Shown piece after piece: positions 12,032 through 24,156 of a stretch of 64,000 bases of DNA. Where the stretch lies: NCBI GenBank assembly GCA_038087875.1, contig CM075992.1, forward strand, positions 2,108,001-2,172,000, read 5' to 3'. The number at the start of each line of letters is the position of its first letter. Position 1 is the stretch's first letter. Under the pieces are notes generated by a model that was not told the origin of the DNA, did not search any database, and saw nothing but the letters and a program-made list of their open reading frames with translations. The position numbers and the translations under genes are program-made. Origin of the DNA: Malacoraja senta (Eukaryota).

Positions 12032-12979
12032 GTAGGTTGGCCTCTGGCCTGTCACTCCAACATTTAATGGTAATAAGCCTTTGGCCAGTTCCCCTGGAGC
12101 TCCGGTTGGATGGAAAGGTCTGGCTAGATACATAGGGTGAGAGGGATGTTTCACTACTCAAGTTGTGGTTAGAGAGAGGCATTGTGATCTGGCTCGCAAG
12201 AGTGCATGGATCAGGGACCTGCGCTCACAAATGATGGATCGACATGTCTGATTTAGGGTCTCAGTTAAGTCAGATTAGCCTGAACTGCAGTCCACGTTCA
12301 GGGCTGGGCTGATCCAGGGTCATTGTTCATAAGCAGTTAGCAGAGGTGCTCCGATCAGAGTCCATGTCCAGGTGATGGGATCTCTTGACGCTGTGATCTG
12401 ATAGGGCCCTTGCTATATCCAGTTCTTCAAACACACTGATTTGCCATCCCTTCAAATCTGCAAATCCCCACCCAACAGCACTGTGGCAATACTTTCACCC
12501 CACATGCCGCAGCCACTCAGTAAAGAGGTTTGGCATCGCTTACTCAAGGAAAATTGGGGATTAGCAACAATTGTTGCCAAATGACCACAATCAATAAATA
12601 AATGAAAATAAATGTCAAGTTACTCATCTGATGCCTTATTCAACAGTGTCTGTCAGAAAAACTATCCCCTCCGCATCCCATTGAGAAAGAGCAATGCTGG
12701 TAAGTTCATGTCATATGAACAGAAGTAGGCCATTCGGCCCATCAAGTCTACTCCGCCATTCAATCATGGCTGATCTATCTTTCCCTCTCAACCCCATTCT
12801 CCTGCCTTGTCCCCATATCCCTTAACACTAATCAAGTATCTGTCAAGCTCCACCTTAAAACTACCCACAGCCGTCTGTGGCAATGATTTCCACAGATTGA
12901 CCACCAAGACAAACTATGAGGAGACTCTCACTTTCTGTGAAACCAGTAGTTAATCAATAGTTCTGTTTTTATTATGAAG

Positions 12980-13145
12980 GTTTCAGATGATGAAGTTGGA
13001 GTCCATGCAGTAGGCTACGTTCTGGAAGATCTACAACCATTCACACAGTATGAATTCCGTGTCCGATGTGGGCGAGAGGGAGAAACAAACCGGAAACTGT
13101 GGAGTGATTGGAGTGCAGTGACTGGTACCATGACCCAAGAAGCCA
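12980..13145 (+). CDS. IL27RA: IL27RA-like exon 5 (WSDWS motif)
   Basis: LQPFTQYEFRVRC...WSDWS; donor gtaagt. Confidence 0.9.
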
Positions 13146-13219
13146 GTAAGTGGAAACGTGTCCTTCAACGCAACATCATCCACAACCATCCTGATAATGA
13201 TGATTTACCAAACACTTAT

Positions 13220-13517
13220 GGGCGCAGGGTGGCGCAGCGGTAGAGCTGCTGCCTTACAGTGCCAGAGTCCCGGGTTCGATCCCGACTACGGGTGCTGTCT
13301 GTACGGTTTGTACGTTCTCCCCGTGACCTGCGCGGGTTTTCTCCGAGATCTTCGGATTCCTCCCACACTCTAAAGGCGTACAGGTTTTGTAGGTTAATTG
13401 GCTTGGTATTAATGTAAATTGTCCCTAGTGTGTAGGATAGTGTTGGGTCGCCGGTTGGTGCGGACTCGGTGGGCCAAAGGGCCAGCTTCTGCGCTGTATC
13501 GCTAAACTAAACTAAAC
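13220..13517 (+). mobile_element. tRNA-derived SINE (HE1/V-SINE-like)
   Basis: A box tggcgcagcgg, B box ggttcgatccc, (CTAAA)n tail. Confidence 0.8.
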
Positions 13518-13740
13518 CTACAATAATATGGATATATCTAACACCCATCATTGCAACACTCCAAGACATATATCTCGTATCCTTCACAGTAACGTCCTTC
13601 TATCCATAAATGCTGCCTGTCCCGCTGAGTTACTCCAGCATTTTGTGTAATCTTTGGTGTAAACCAGCATCTGCAGTTCCTTCCTACACTGCATAAGAGA
13701 TGTACCTCTCCTCTTATCTGTACACTCTTTTGATTCCTAG

Positions 13741-13808
13741 AACCTGTCGGTGTTCTCGATGTGTGGTTCATGCAAGGAGGACAAGGATCTATTACCCTGC
13801 TGTGGAAG
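13741..13808 (+). CDS. IL27RA: IL27RA-like exon 6 (PVGVLDVW...ITLLWK)
   Basis: gp130-family D4 start; phases 1/0. Confidence 0.85.
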
Positions 13809-13861
13809 GTACTGGGTAACATGCTTCAACATTCAGTTCTCCAACATCCAACATTCCTTCA

Positions 13862-13893
13862 GTCTGAAGAAGGGTTTCGGCCCGAAACGTTGC
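13862..13893 (+). ncRNA. Minimal type I hammerhead ribozyme motif (sense in IL27RA intron)
   Basis: GU CUGAAGA A GGGU UUCG GCCC GAAA CG UU GC. Confidence 0.65.
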
Positions 13894-14330
13894 CTATTTC
13901 CTTCGCTCCATTGATGCTGCTGCACCCGCTGAGTTTCTCCAGCATTTTTGTGTACGTTCGATTTTCCAGCATCTGCAGTTCCTTCTTTAACACATGCTCC
14001 AACATTCTCCTGCTAATTTCCCTGCAACCTGTTCTTCCTCACATGCACATCAACTTCATATTCAACTACATTAGAAGCAATTTACAGTCAGCAAATAGGA
14101 TGTGGGAGGAAGGTGAAGCTCCTGAGGAAAACTCACATGGGCACAGAGAGAATGTGTAAACTCCACAAGGTCAAGATCTGTGTCACACATTCTGTGAGGC
14201 AGACCACAGAGCCTCCCTGTGGGCTCATTTCTTCTCCAATCTGATGATTGAGAGTTCATTTCTTTTACATCAATACCGCAATTACCTTGAGTTTAATACT
14301 TGCTTCTACTATCAATGAGTCCTACTCTTT

Positions 14331-14858
14331 TTAGTTTAGAGATACAGCGCGGAAACAGGCCCTTCAGCCCACCGAGTCTGTGCTGACCGGTGATCCCTGC
14401 ACTATCCTACACACACTAGGGACAATTTTTACATTTACCAAGCCAATTTACCTCCATACCTGTACGTCTTTAGCGTGCGGGAGGAAACCAAAGATCTGGA
14501 ATAAACCCATGCGGCAACGTATAAACTCCGTGCATAGAAACATAGAAAATAGGTGCAGAAGGCGGCCATTTGACCCTCCGTGCCAGCACCGCCATCATTG
14601 TGATCATGGCTGATCATCCACAATCAGTAACCCTTCTCCCCATAATCCCTTGATTCCACTAGCCCCTAGATCTCTATCTAACTCTCTTTTAAATTCACCC
14701 AGTGAATTGGCCTCTACTGCCTTCTGTGGCAGAGAATTCCGCAAATTCACAACTCTCTGGGTGAAAACGTTTCACAGACGGCACCCGTGGGTTGGGATTG
14801 AACCCGGATCTCTGGCGCTGCAAGCGCTGTAAGGTAGCAACTCTACCACTGCGCCGCC
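14331..14858 (-). mobile_element. tRNA-derived SINE interrupted by a CR1 3' fragment (about 14535-14770)
   Basis: Reverse complement of the SINE head and tail on either side of a CR1 3'UTR. Confidence 0.7.
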
Positions 14859-15541
14859 CTTATTGACCTATCTATTTTTTAATGTACTTTTCTCTTCAGA
14901 AATTTCTCTACTTACCTTTGAACTGTAGACCTTCATTCTCACCATTTGGCGGGTGAATCTTGACGCTGTGATATGATTGAGCCCATGCTATGTCCAGTTC
15001 TTCAAACACACTGTTTCGTTATTCTACTTTATTCTATATTCTAATATATAGTCGACACTGCTTATTGTGGGGATTGTATGTTGTTGCTCCTGCATTCTCT
15101 TGGTCTTTCTCAGCCCCTCGTTGATAACATTGGCCCATGATTCAACTTCTAATTCAAGCTTTGAATGTTCTTCCTACTGTGATTCCAACGCTTAATCTCA
15201 TTGCCTTTAACTATTGACCTCTCTCTGTTGGATCCTTCTTTGAGCCCTTCTCTCAATTATCATATATTGGTCCAACCTCCTTCACTCTTCCTTTGATGCT
15301 CCAAACCCTTGATGCAACATACTGTTCCTTTGTTCAATTTTAATCTGTGGAAATCAATGTTCTGTGCATTTCTCATTCATTCGTTATCTCTCAGGACCTA
15401 ACAACGGTGTAACCTCTCTTGTCCCTCAGCCTCTGCTCTTAAGTCTTTGGCTTTTAATTTTCAAATCCCGGTCAGCCTGTCAATGTTATGAATCTCTCCA
15501 TCAAAAGCAATCATTTTGTTTTGTGGTTTTGGGTTTTGCAG

Positions 15542-15743
15542 CCTCTTGAACAACATCAAGCAAGAGGAATAATTCAGCGATACTCTGTGAATTATACTCT
15601 CCAATGGGATGGAGAAGAAATGAGCACAGCGACGATCACCGCCTGCCGTAACATCACCCTTTCTGAGACCCCTCAACTTGTGAACGTCAGTGCATACAAC
15701 TCTGTTGGAGCCACAGACCCGGCCACACTCAATCTGGTTCAAG
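15542..15743 (+). CDS. IL27RA: IL27RA-like exon 7 (PLEQHQARGIIQRY...VSAYNSVG)
   Basis: FNIII motif; cag/gtaacc. Confidence 0.9.
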
Positions 15744-16752
15744 GTAACCCACACATCCAGCACTCACCCATTGGTCTTCCCACAGACAGATATTCCGGTG
15801 ACTACAAATAACACAACTCTGTTCATCTGTGCTTGCATATGTTTTTATTATTTATTCATTTTGTAGGATCTGGGCATCACAGACAAGGCCAGCATCATCC
15901 CTAAAAGCCCTTGATAAATGCTAGTGAGCCATCTTTTCAGCAGCATTTCTAGTGAAGATAATCAAATACTGCTGCTGGGTAAGGAATTTCTCAGACAACA
16001 AAGGAGAGACTATTTACAGGATATTTCCAATTCAGAATGCTATGCAATTCTGAATGGGATAGAAAACAAAAAAGAATAAATGCCAAGTCAGCCTTGTAGT
16101 GAGCACTTAAATCCCCAACGTAATGTACATTCCAAGCCTGGATACTTTCAGTATTTCTTCCTCACCTTGTTCAACGGCGAAGGAGCATGGTAGGAGGTTA
16201 TCATGAGATTTCTGTGGGTATATTTACCTGGATGCCTTCAAACATGATGAGTATTGAAAAAGAAGAGTACACTTGTGTACACCTATGCAAGTACAGAGCA
16301 TACATAACAAACATGGACATATCAAAAAGTGTATATGTACATATAAATATGAATTTCCACAGACTAGTGGAAATTAATGTGTCACTATATGCCTGACATC
16401 TCACCAAAGATGCGGGAAAATTTAGATTCTTAACTAATCTGTCTCCCATCCTTACCTGATCGGGTCAATATGTGATTCTAGATTCACAGCCACATGCCGT
16501 ATTCTGAAAGTGTCCTGTGAATTTACTAGTTAAAGGGGAGTTGGATTAAGGGAATACAGACTTGGCCTTGCCAAAGACACACACAATCTGGGTAAGAATA
16601 GAAGGAATAACCATTTAACTGCTTGGTTGACGTATCAGAGCATAGGCATTGGCATGGAACTAACTCAACTTTTCTTGTGAGAGCACTGGGTTGGGAGGAG
16701 AATTAAAAAAATAAACTGACTCTTTGTGTTTATTTTACATGTTATTCCTTAG

Positions 16753-16935
16753 ATCAGTTACCTGTGTTGAACATAACTGTTCTCAACTACAATGACCAGG
16801 TTCAAGTGTGCTGGGTGGCATCAGCCAAGAAAGTGCTTGGGTTTGTGGTGGAATGGATTAACATGAACTTGCCTGAAGATCCACCAGAATGGAAGAAAAT
16901 TCCAGCACTGGATGAATGCATGGATCTGAAACATG
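16753..16935 (+). CDS. IL27RA: IL27RA-like exon 8 (VCW...FVVEW...WKKIP)
   Basis: gp130-family D5; tag/gtaggt. Confidence 0.9.
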
Positions 16936-18381
16936 GTAGGTCTGGGTCAAGGAATAGGGTAAATTCCAGCCTGAGCATTTGTGGTTGTTGTACGGCTAAC
17001 TAATATATAAAAAAACAAATTCCAATCCCACTACAATTTTAGTTCAGTTAAAAATTCTGGAAACCAAAAAATTGTCAGCAGAATCATAGAATTGAACAGC
17101 ACAGAGGGGTGGGAGATTGCAACCTTCACCCTGTTTCGACGAATGCAATCAACCTGGCGTGCACAATCAAATAAGATCAAATAGAACAAGTTGTCCTACA
17201 ACTTTAGGCTGTGCACGCCGTATGCAAGAAGAGAACAGCACAGCAAAAGGCCCTTTGGGCCAACCATGTCCATGCCAACTGTGATGCCTATCTACACAAA
17301 TCCCATTTACGTGCATTACATCTGTCCTATCTACTGTAAGTACCTGTGCCAATTACTTTTAAATGGTGTTATTAGATCTGCCTCCACCTCCTCCTCCAGG
17401 TAACCACTGCACTCTCTGTGAAGAACATACCACTTAAATCTCCTTTAAATTTCTCCCCTCTCAACTCACCTGGCTGCTGTTTCTTTCCTCTAAAAGGCCA
17501 TTGCCTCAAAGTATCCTGTTAGAAAGGAAAAGGACTCCTGCATTGCCTGTCTGTCCTTCCTGACACTCGCCCATCTATTATCGAGCTAACCCTTCGGTGT
17601 CACCACCTTACCAAAGCTCCTTTCTACGACACTCTCTGCCTCCTGTATGCTCCTCAGTGAGTTCAGCTGCAGTTCCGAGAGATTTATGCTGTCTGAGAAT
17701 TACTGCAGATGAACATACTTCCTGCAAGTATAGTCTTGACTTTTCCCTGTTCTCCCATGTCTCACAGGAGGAACATGACTTCTGGATATTTGTAATAATG
17801 TCCATGAAACCAGATTGTCATAAAGACTATCCAGTCACTGATTGATTTTATTCTTTAGAGGAGAGAGTAAAGTATTCATTCATTCATTTATTCTTTAGAG
17901 GAGAAAATGTGCCATTCTTAACTAGTCTGACCTAAATGTGACTAAAATATCTGAAACAGCTTATAAAGCCATGGACAATTGGATTTGGGCTATAAACACA
18001 GGCTTTGCACATAATCCTCTCATCCTGAAAAATAAATATTGAATGCATGCTGTAACTTCCAAAGGGAGAGTTTGCTGGGAGAATGCAGAGGGAGACTCAC
18101 TGTGTATCTAACTTATGTTATACATAATATGGAAGTATTTGAAAGATATATTAATATTGTATCTCATGCAGAGATAGATTGATATTGTACCTAACCCAAG
18201 CTGTAAATGAAAATCATACTCTGTAATAATAGTCATAGTCCCAGTATTGCTGGGTACTTTGGCTATCAATTATAGGTGTGTTAAGTTTATATAAATCCAT
18301 TTGTATTGACTTACTCCTGACTTTGGTTGTAAGCAGCTGGAGGTAGTTCCAGACATCTTGACAGCCTTACCTTTTCCACAG

Positions 18382-18483
18382 ATGTTCTTCAGGCCCGGAT
18401 TCCATACAAAGTCTCCGTGTACACTCAATATCAGATTGGTCTGGGTAGGCCAGTTTCTACCCTCATCTACACAAAAGAAGGAG
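18382..18483 (+). CDS. IL27RA: IL27RA-like exon 9 (DVLQARIPYKVSV...YTKEG)
   Basis: Open frame, phases 1/1. Confidence 0.9.
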
Positions 18484-18844
18484 GTAATATAATATAATGT
18501 GCCTATTATTGTGCGTTAATAGTGGGTCTGATTGAGTAAGATCTTCAGACCAGTCTGAAGAAGGGTCTCGCCCAGAAACATCGCCCATCCCTTCTCTCCA
18601 GAGATGCTGCCTGTCCCGCTGAGTTACTCCAGCTTTTTGTGTCTATCTTTGGTTTAAACCAGCATCTGCAGTTCCTTCCTACATAAGATCTTTTAATCAT
18701 TACGTCTACAATATGACCAAAGAAAACTGAACATGGTGGGACTTAACAAATAGAAGACTTATCATTTAAATTAATAGAAGGCCTTAAGATTACAAAGGGA
18801 TTGAATAATGTAAATGTAGAGACCATGTCTTCTCATTTGTGGGA

Positions 18845-19262
18845 TAAGTAAGTAAGTAAATAAGTTTATTGGCCAAGTATTCACATACAAGTATTCCGCC
18901 CACAAGTAACAACATGACATACAGTGACAGTTACAAATGACTCAGAAAACACTAAACATTAATAATAATAAAACATTAATGATAAAACACCATTGATCAA
19001 GCATGTGAACCAACAAAATACCTGATCAAAGGGAGGCTACAGATTTTTGGCTGTTGAGTAGAGCAACTACTCGTGGATAAAAACTGTTTTTATGTCTGGC
19101 TGTGGCAGCTTTGACAATCCGCAGCCCCCTTCCAGAGGGAAGTGATTCAAAGAGTTTGTGGCCAGGGTGAGAGGGGGTCAGAGATGATCTTGCCCGCTCG
19201 CTTCCTGGCCCTTGCAGTGTACAGTTCATCAATGGAGGGAAGGTTGCAGCCAATAACCTTTG
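18845..19262 (-). mobile_element. Rex1/Babar-like LINE 3' end
   Basis: SHPGHKLFESLPSGR...ARHKNSFYP; a shorter copy lies at about 23642-23790. Confidence 0.7.
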
Positions 19263-19576
19263 GCTGAAGCAAAAGATGCTCACAAATAAATCCATTAAAC
19301 AATTCAGAAACTTCTCTATTTGAGGTTGGAGTTTGCTGCAGTCTCCTGCCTCGGTACCGGGTCGATCTAGCTTCCTGTAACTACTCCATTTTTTTTTAAA
19401 TGCAATGATGGAGAAGGCCCTTTATCTTTGATTGGGAAATAGGTGACAGCATATTATTTAACACTGGCTGGTGCCTGCCTCTCCACCCTGGGTTGTAGTG
19501 TGTACGTTTGAAACATTCAGCTGAAAAATATGATCTTTATAGTTCTCAGGACTTCCTCTTTCTTTTTGTTTTGCAG

Positions 19577-19732
19577 TGCCTCTCACAGGACCCCAGGTCT
19601 CAATATATAACATTTCTCAGACTTCAGCCACACTGTTATGGAAGAATGTTCCTTTGAGCCTCCGCCAAGGGTTTATTCTTTACTACACTCTGATTTACGT
19701 AAAGAATCCACCGGAAGGCAGCAGGCAGAAAG
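19577..19732 (+). CDS. IL27RA: IL27RA-like exon 10 (PLTGP...VPLSLRQGFILYYTL)
   Basis: gp130-family D6; cag/gtaaga. Confidence 0.9.
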
Positions 19733-20608
19733 GTAAGAGGAATAATCCAGGATCACAAACAGATTGTGCTTCCATTGGCAGGGTCCTTATCCAATTCTGA
19801 ACCAACAGCAGATGTCTTGTAGCCCCTGATAATCACTGTCCTAGGCTTAGCAAATCTTTGTCCTGGTTCCTGAGTGACTGGGTATCCTTTCTGGATACCA
19901 GAGAAGCTCATAATCAATGAGTTTAATCTTTCCTACCCGTCCACTCATCACACCTCGCCATATTACCATGATGACGGCAAAAGGGATTTACCCATTGTTC
20001 AATCAGGGCAGCAATGCTATTCCATGCGTCTCCAACAATCCAGTTGCATATACATAGACTGGAGATTGCTGGAGGGATTCACCCTGCATTGGGCCGAATT
20101 GTTAAACCTTTTCCTGCATCCTTAAATTTGACACGGTTTTGTCCTGTAACTGTTGGGAATATGACAGTGAGAACCTGTTTCCCAGTGTAGAAATGTCCAA
20201 CACTAGAGGACGTAGCTGTAAGGAGTGGGGGAAAGTTTAATGGAGATCCGCGTAAATATTTTTTTACGCAGAGTAGTGGGGGCTTTGGAACGCATTGCCA
20301 GGGGTGGTGGTGGTGTAGGCAGATACGATAGTGGCGCTTAAGAAGCTTTTAGATAGGCACAGGAAAGTGTAGAGAGTAGAAGGATATGGATCATCTACTG
20401 GCAGATGAGATCAGTTTAACTTGGCATCATGTTCGGCACCAACATTGTGGGCTAAAGGGCTTCCTGTGCTGTGTTATGACCTGAGGACATTGGTGAACAG
20501 TTGATTGATGTTACAGTGCTAATCAATGAATAGGTAAGGACATGGGAGGGTGAGAGACTGGGTGAATTCAATGTCCCTAAAGTTAAAAATATGTTTTCGT
20601 TCTCTTAG

Positions 20609-20746
20609 TTCTCAATATAAGCTCTGCATTAAATAACTTCACATTATTGAACTTGGAGCCTGCGAACACCTACAGGATCTGGATGACAGCTTCCACTCGC
20701 ATAGGAACAGGCATGAGCGGACCACACCTCAACCTGAAGACAGGAG
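20609..20746 (+). CDS. IL27RA: IL27RA-like exon 11 (LEPANTYRIWMTASTRIGTG)
   Basis: FNIII C-half; phases 1/1. Confidence 0.9.
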
Positions 20747-21550
20747 GTAATGTTGGAAAGCGGGTGTTTGGGAAGAAATTTCCTTTGGATTTCATTCTCT
20801 AAAATGAGGAGCAGTTGAGGCCCTCCCGATATCAAGACACACTACAGCGAGACCTCAAATGGCTAATATGGAGACCTAGTGACAGAGAGCAATCCCAGCG
20901 ACCCAGTACTATCAAGGGGCAGACTTGCATGACAATAATATGCAGGGGAGGCCTAATTAGCCACCCATGGCCCAACAGCCGATGGCCTTAAAATAAACTA
21001 GATACGAGATACTACAGGATAAAAATGGGTTTACGAGTCCCTGACATATGGACATCCTTCCATACAAACAGGGCCCCGTAATATTATAAAATTCAAAAGA
21101 ATTTAACTTTTTCATAATATCATCATCAAAAGGTAAAGGAATTGGGCAAGGCTATTGGTTCACAAATTTATGACAAGGTACAGTAATTACCCAATTCCCT
21201 CATGAAACATTGGCCAGACAAACAATAATTTTGAAGTGTTTTGATGTCAGCCTTGGATAAAAATGACCCCCCCCCCCCTTGGTTTTCCTCCTCTTCTAGA
21301 TTTTCATATTCTTAAGTTAGAGGTGTTATGCCAAAGCCAGCATGAAGGATCCACCTTGAAGAGCTCTTGCCTCCCATTTACCACAAGCTTATATACCCTA
21401 TTTCAAGAGGCTGGTAAATGCTCTGTGCTTCCATATCCTCAGGCCATATCCTCAACCCATCATCAATATCCTAAATGATCTATCCTTAAGATAATAACAT
21501 GATTGTGACCGTTCTTTTCTGCTTTAACATTACTTCTCTGCTGCCTTTAG

Positions 21551-21647
21551 CTTCACATATTATATCCTGGAAGCATATTATCCTGGTACTCGTGATCTTG
21601 GTTGTTATTGTTCTTAGCATCACTGGAATATGCTGCTTTCCTCAAAG
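21551..21647 (+). CDS. IL27RA: IL27RA-like exon 12 (transmembrane WKHIILVLVILVVIVLSITGICCF)
   Basis: Hydrophobic helix; tag/gtgagt. Confidence 0.9.
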
Positions 21648-23029
21648 GTGAGTCGCTCTCCTCCAAACACATAGACATGTATCGGAGAGATTAACAATGA
21701 GTTGCTCAGAGTGCATCCAGGTGTGTTTGTGCTAGTGGAGTTTTGTACATTTGAGTCTGCACGTGTCAGGCAACACAACCCTTTTGCATATCACGTGTCA
21801 GTGGGTGACAGTGGGCATTTGAGTGTAATGGCCCAATGTTTACAGATACTAAAAAAAACATAAAGTGCTGGAGTAACTCAGCGGGTCGGGCAACGTCTCT
21901 GGAGTTCATGGATAGGTGACATTTTGGGTCGGGACTGAAGAAGGCTCCCGAACTGAAACATCACCTATCCATGTTCTCCAGAAATGCTGCCTGACCCACT
22001 GAGTTACTCCAGCACTTTGTGTATTTTTTTTACAAACCAGCATGTACAGTTCCATGTTCCTACATTCACAGATGCTAGACACTATGTGGTATTCCAGATG
22101 ATAATGGGATCTTGAGAAAATATAATTAGAATATCATTAAATACAGGTAAGGAGGGACAATTTGCAACTCACATCAAGATGATGAAAGTATGATATGGAG
22201 AGTGTTTGTGATTGGAGCAAGGGATGGGGGAAAGAGGCAGGAGGAGGGGGTGGGTTCGTAGAAAGAGTGATATGGTAATGCAGGGCGGTGAATAGGGAGG
22301 TTGTGGGCGAAAATGTGGGAATTTTGAAAGGAAGGGAAGAAATAGGGGCTGAGAATGAGGGGTAACTGGAAGGTGGTGAAGAAGAGGGCATCTTGAGGAA
22401 GGATATGAGAACGCTGGCAAAAGATATGCATATGGGCATGTCCGTGCGCATATCTGTGTCGATAGAGCACAACTGGGTAAAATATGAAAAGACATTTGTA
22501 TTTATGTCCAGATATGAGTGTGTGTGAAATACAGGCAACAATGGCCACTGTCCATTTGTCGTGAATCTCATTAAAATTGGAGCAAGAACTTGGACCAATT
22601 CTGTGAACCTCATGTACTAGCTGGTTTGCAATGGTCATCCTATATGACAAGAGTTCATGCACAGGCATCTTCTACTCTGGTCCACCTAGATCCTGAGGAA
22701 CTGCCTAACAGTCAGATTCACGACCTGCTCATAAACACTGCTGCATCCTTTATTCACATGACAGACACAAAATGCTGGAGTAACTCAGCGGGACAGGCAG
22801 CATCTCTGGAGCGAAGGAATGGGTGACGCTTCAAGTCGAGACCCTTCTTCAGACTCTTCATTTATTGCCCATCCACAGGTTTTGCTTGAGAAGGAAGCAG
22901 TGAACTATTACAGTTCTTCTTTTGAACGTTGTCCCAGAATATTATTGCGTTGGCAGTTCAAGAATTTGGACCCAGCAATGAAAGAATGATGAGATATCTC
23001 CTAACACATTTCTGTCATGAGCTTGGAGT

Positions 23030-23352
23030 TTTTAGTTTAGTTCGGGGTTAAGCTTTAGAGATATAGAGCGGAAACAGGCTCTTCGGCCAATCAAGTCCGC
23101 ACAGACCTGCGATCCCCACACACTAACTCTATCCTACACAGACTGAGGACAATTTACAATGATACCACGCCAATCAACCTACAAACCTGCATGTCTTTGG
23201 AGTGCAGGAGGAAAACGGAGATCCTGAAGGAAACCCATGCAGGTCACGGGAAGAACATACAAATCTGCACAAACAGCACCCATAGTCAGGATCAAACCCG
23301 GGTCTCTGATGCTGTACAGCAGCAACTCCACCAATGCGACACCGTGCCACCC
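23030..23352 (-). mobile_element. tRNA-derived SINE (HE1-like)
   Basis: Reverse-complement similarity to 13220-13517. Confidence 0.75.
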
Positions 23353-24156
23353 ATGAGGAGGAGGATCCTTGATTGAAGATCCTTCATAAGTAACTGCTGT
23401 CCATTTTGCAAATCGTACACAATGTAGCCTTAATGCATTGATGCTGGAGAGCATAATGTTCATGCTGGTGGATGGAGCATCATGCAAAAGTGAGAAAAGA
23501 ATATAACCATATGATGATAGACCAAGACATATGCTGGAAAATGGATTACATGGCGTAGAATGTCAATATGAATCAATCCAGCTGAATGATCCAATTCAAA
23601 ACTCTGCTGTCCATAAAAGCTAACAAAGCAATGCCTAGTGCATGAATGAATGAATGAATAAGTTTATTGGCCAAGTATTCACATACAAGGAATTTGCCTT
23701 GGTGCTCCACCCGCAAGTGACAACATGACATACAGTGACATTTAGGAATGGCACATAAAACATTAAACATTAATAATAAAACATTAGCGATTACTTGCAC
23801 CGGTAATTGGTTGACTTTAAAATCCTCAACCATGTTATCAAATCAATTGTGGTGTCATCATTCTCTCATGTAACCTTCACCAGTTTTATAGCCATCTGGG
23901 ATCTCTGCATTCCTTCAGTAAAATAAATTGGATTATTTCATCTGGCGGGTAAGGCGAGGTAGGCTGGAACAAAGTGGCATATGCAAATACTGTAAATGTC
24001 AGGAAACACATTGTTGCAGAGGGTGGAAATCCAGCACTTCCTCCACAAAATATGAGCAACACCAAGATGAATGAAAATTTCAAGCAGAGGTTGGTAGATA
24101 TTAATATGTGTATGTGTGTGTGTGTGAGAGTGCGTGCCTGCATATATATATATATA

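Noticed and set aside
12372-12439. C/D snoRNA-like boxes in an IL27RA intron
   Set aside because: C box imperfect, no recognisable guide, and the duplicate at 14958 lacks the boxes
13146-13243. Read-through of the WSDWS exon giving a soluble receptor
   Set aside because: Strong donor gtaagt; the extension runs into a SINE with no supporting polyA signal
13220-13300. tRNA gene
   Set aside because: A and B boxes belong to a SINE head with SINE body and tail, repeated several times in the window
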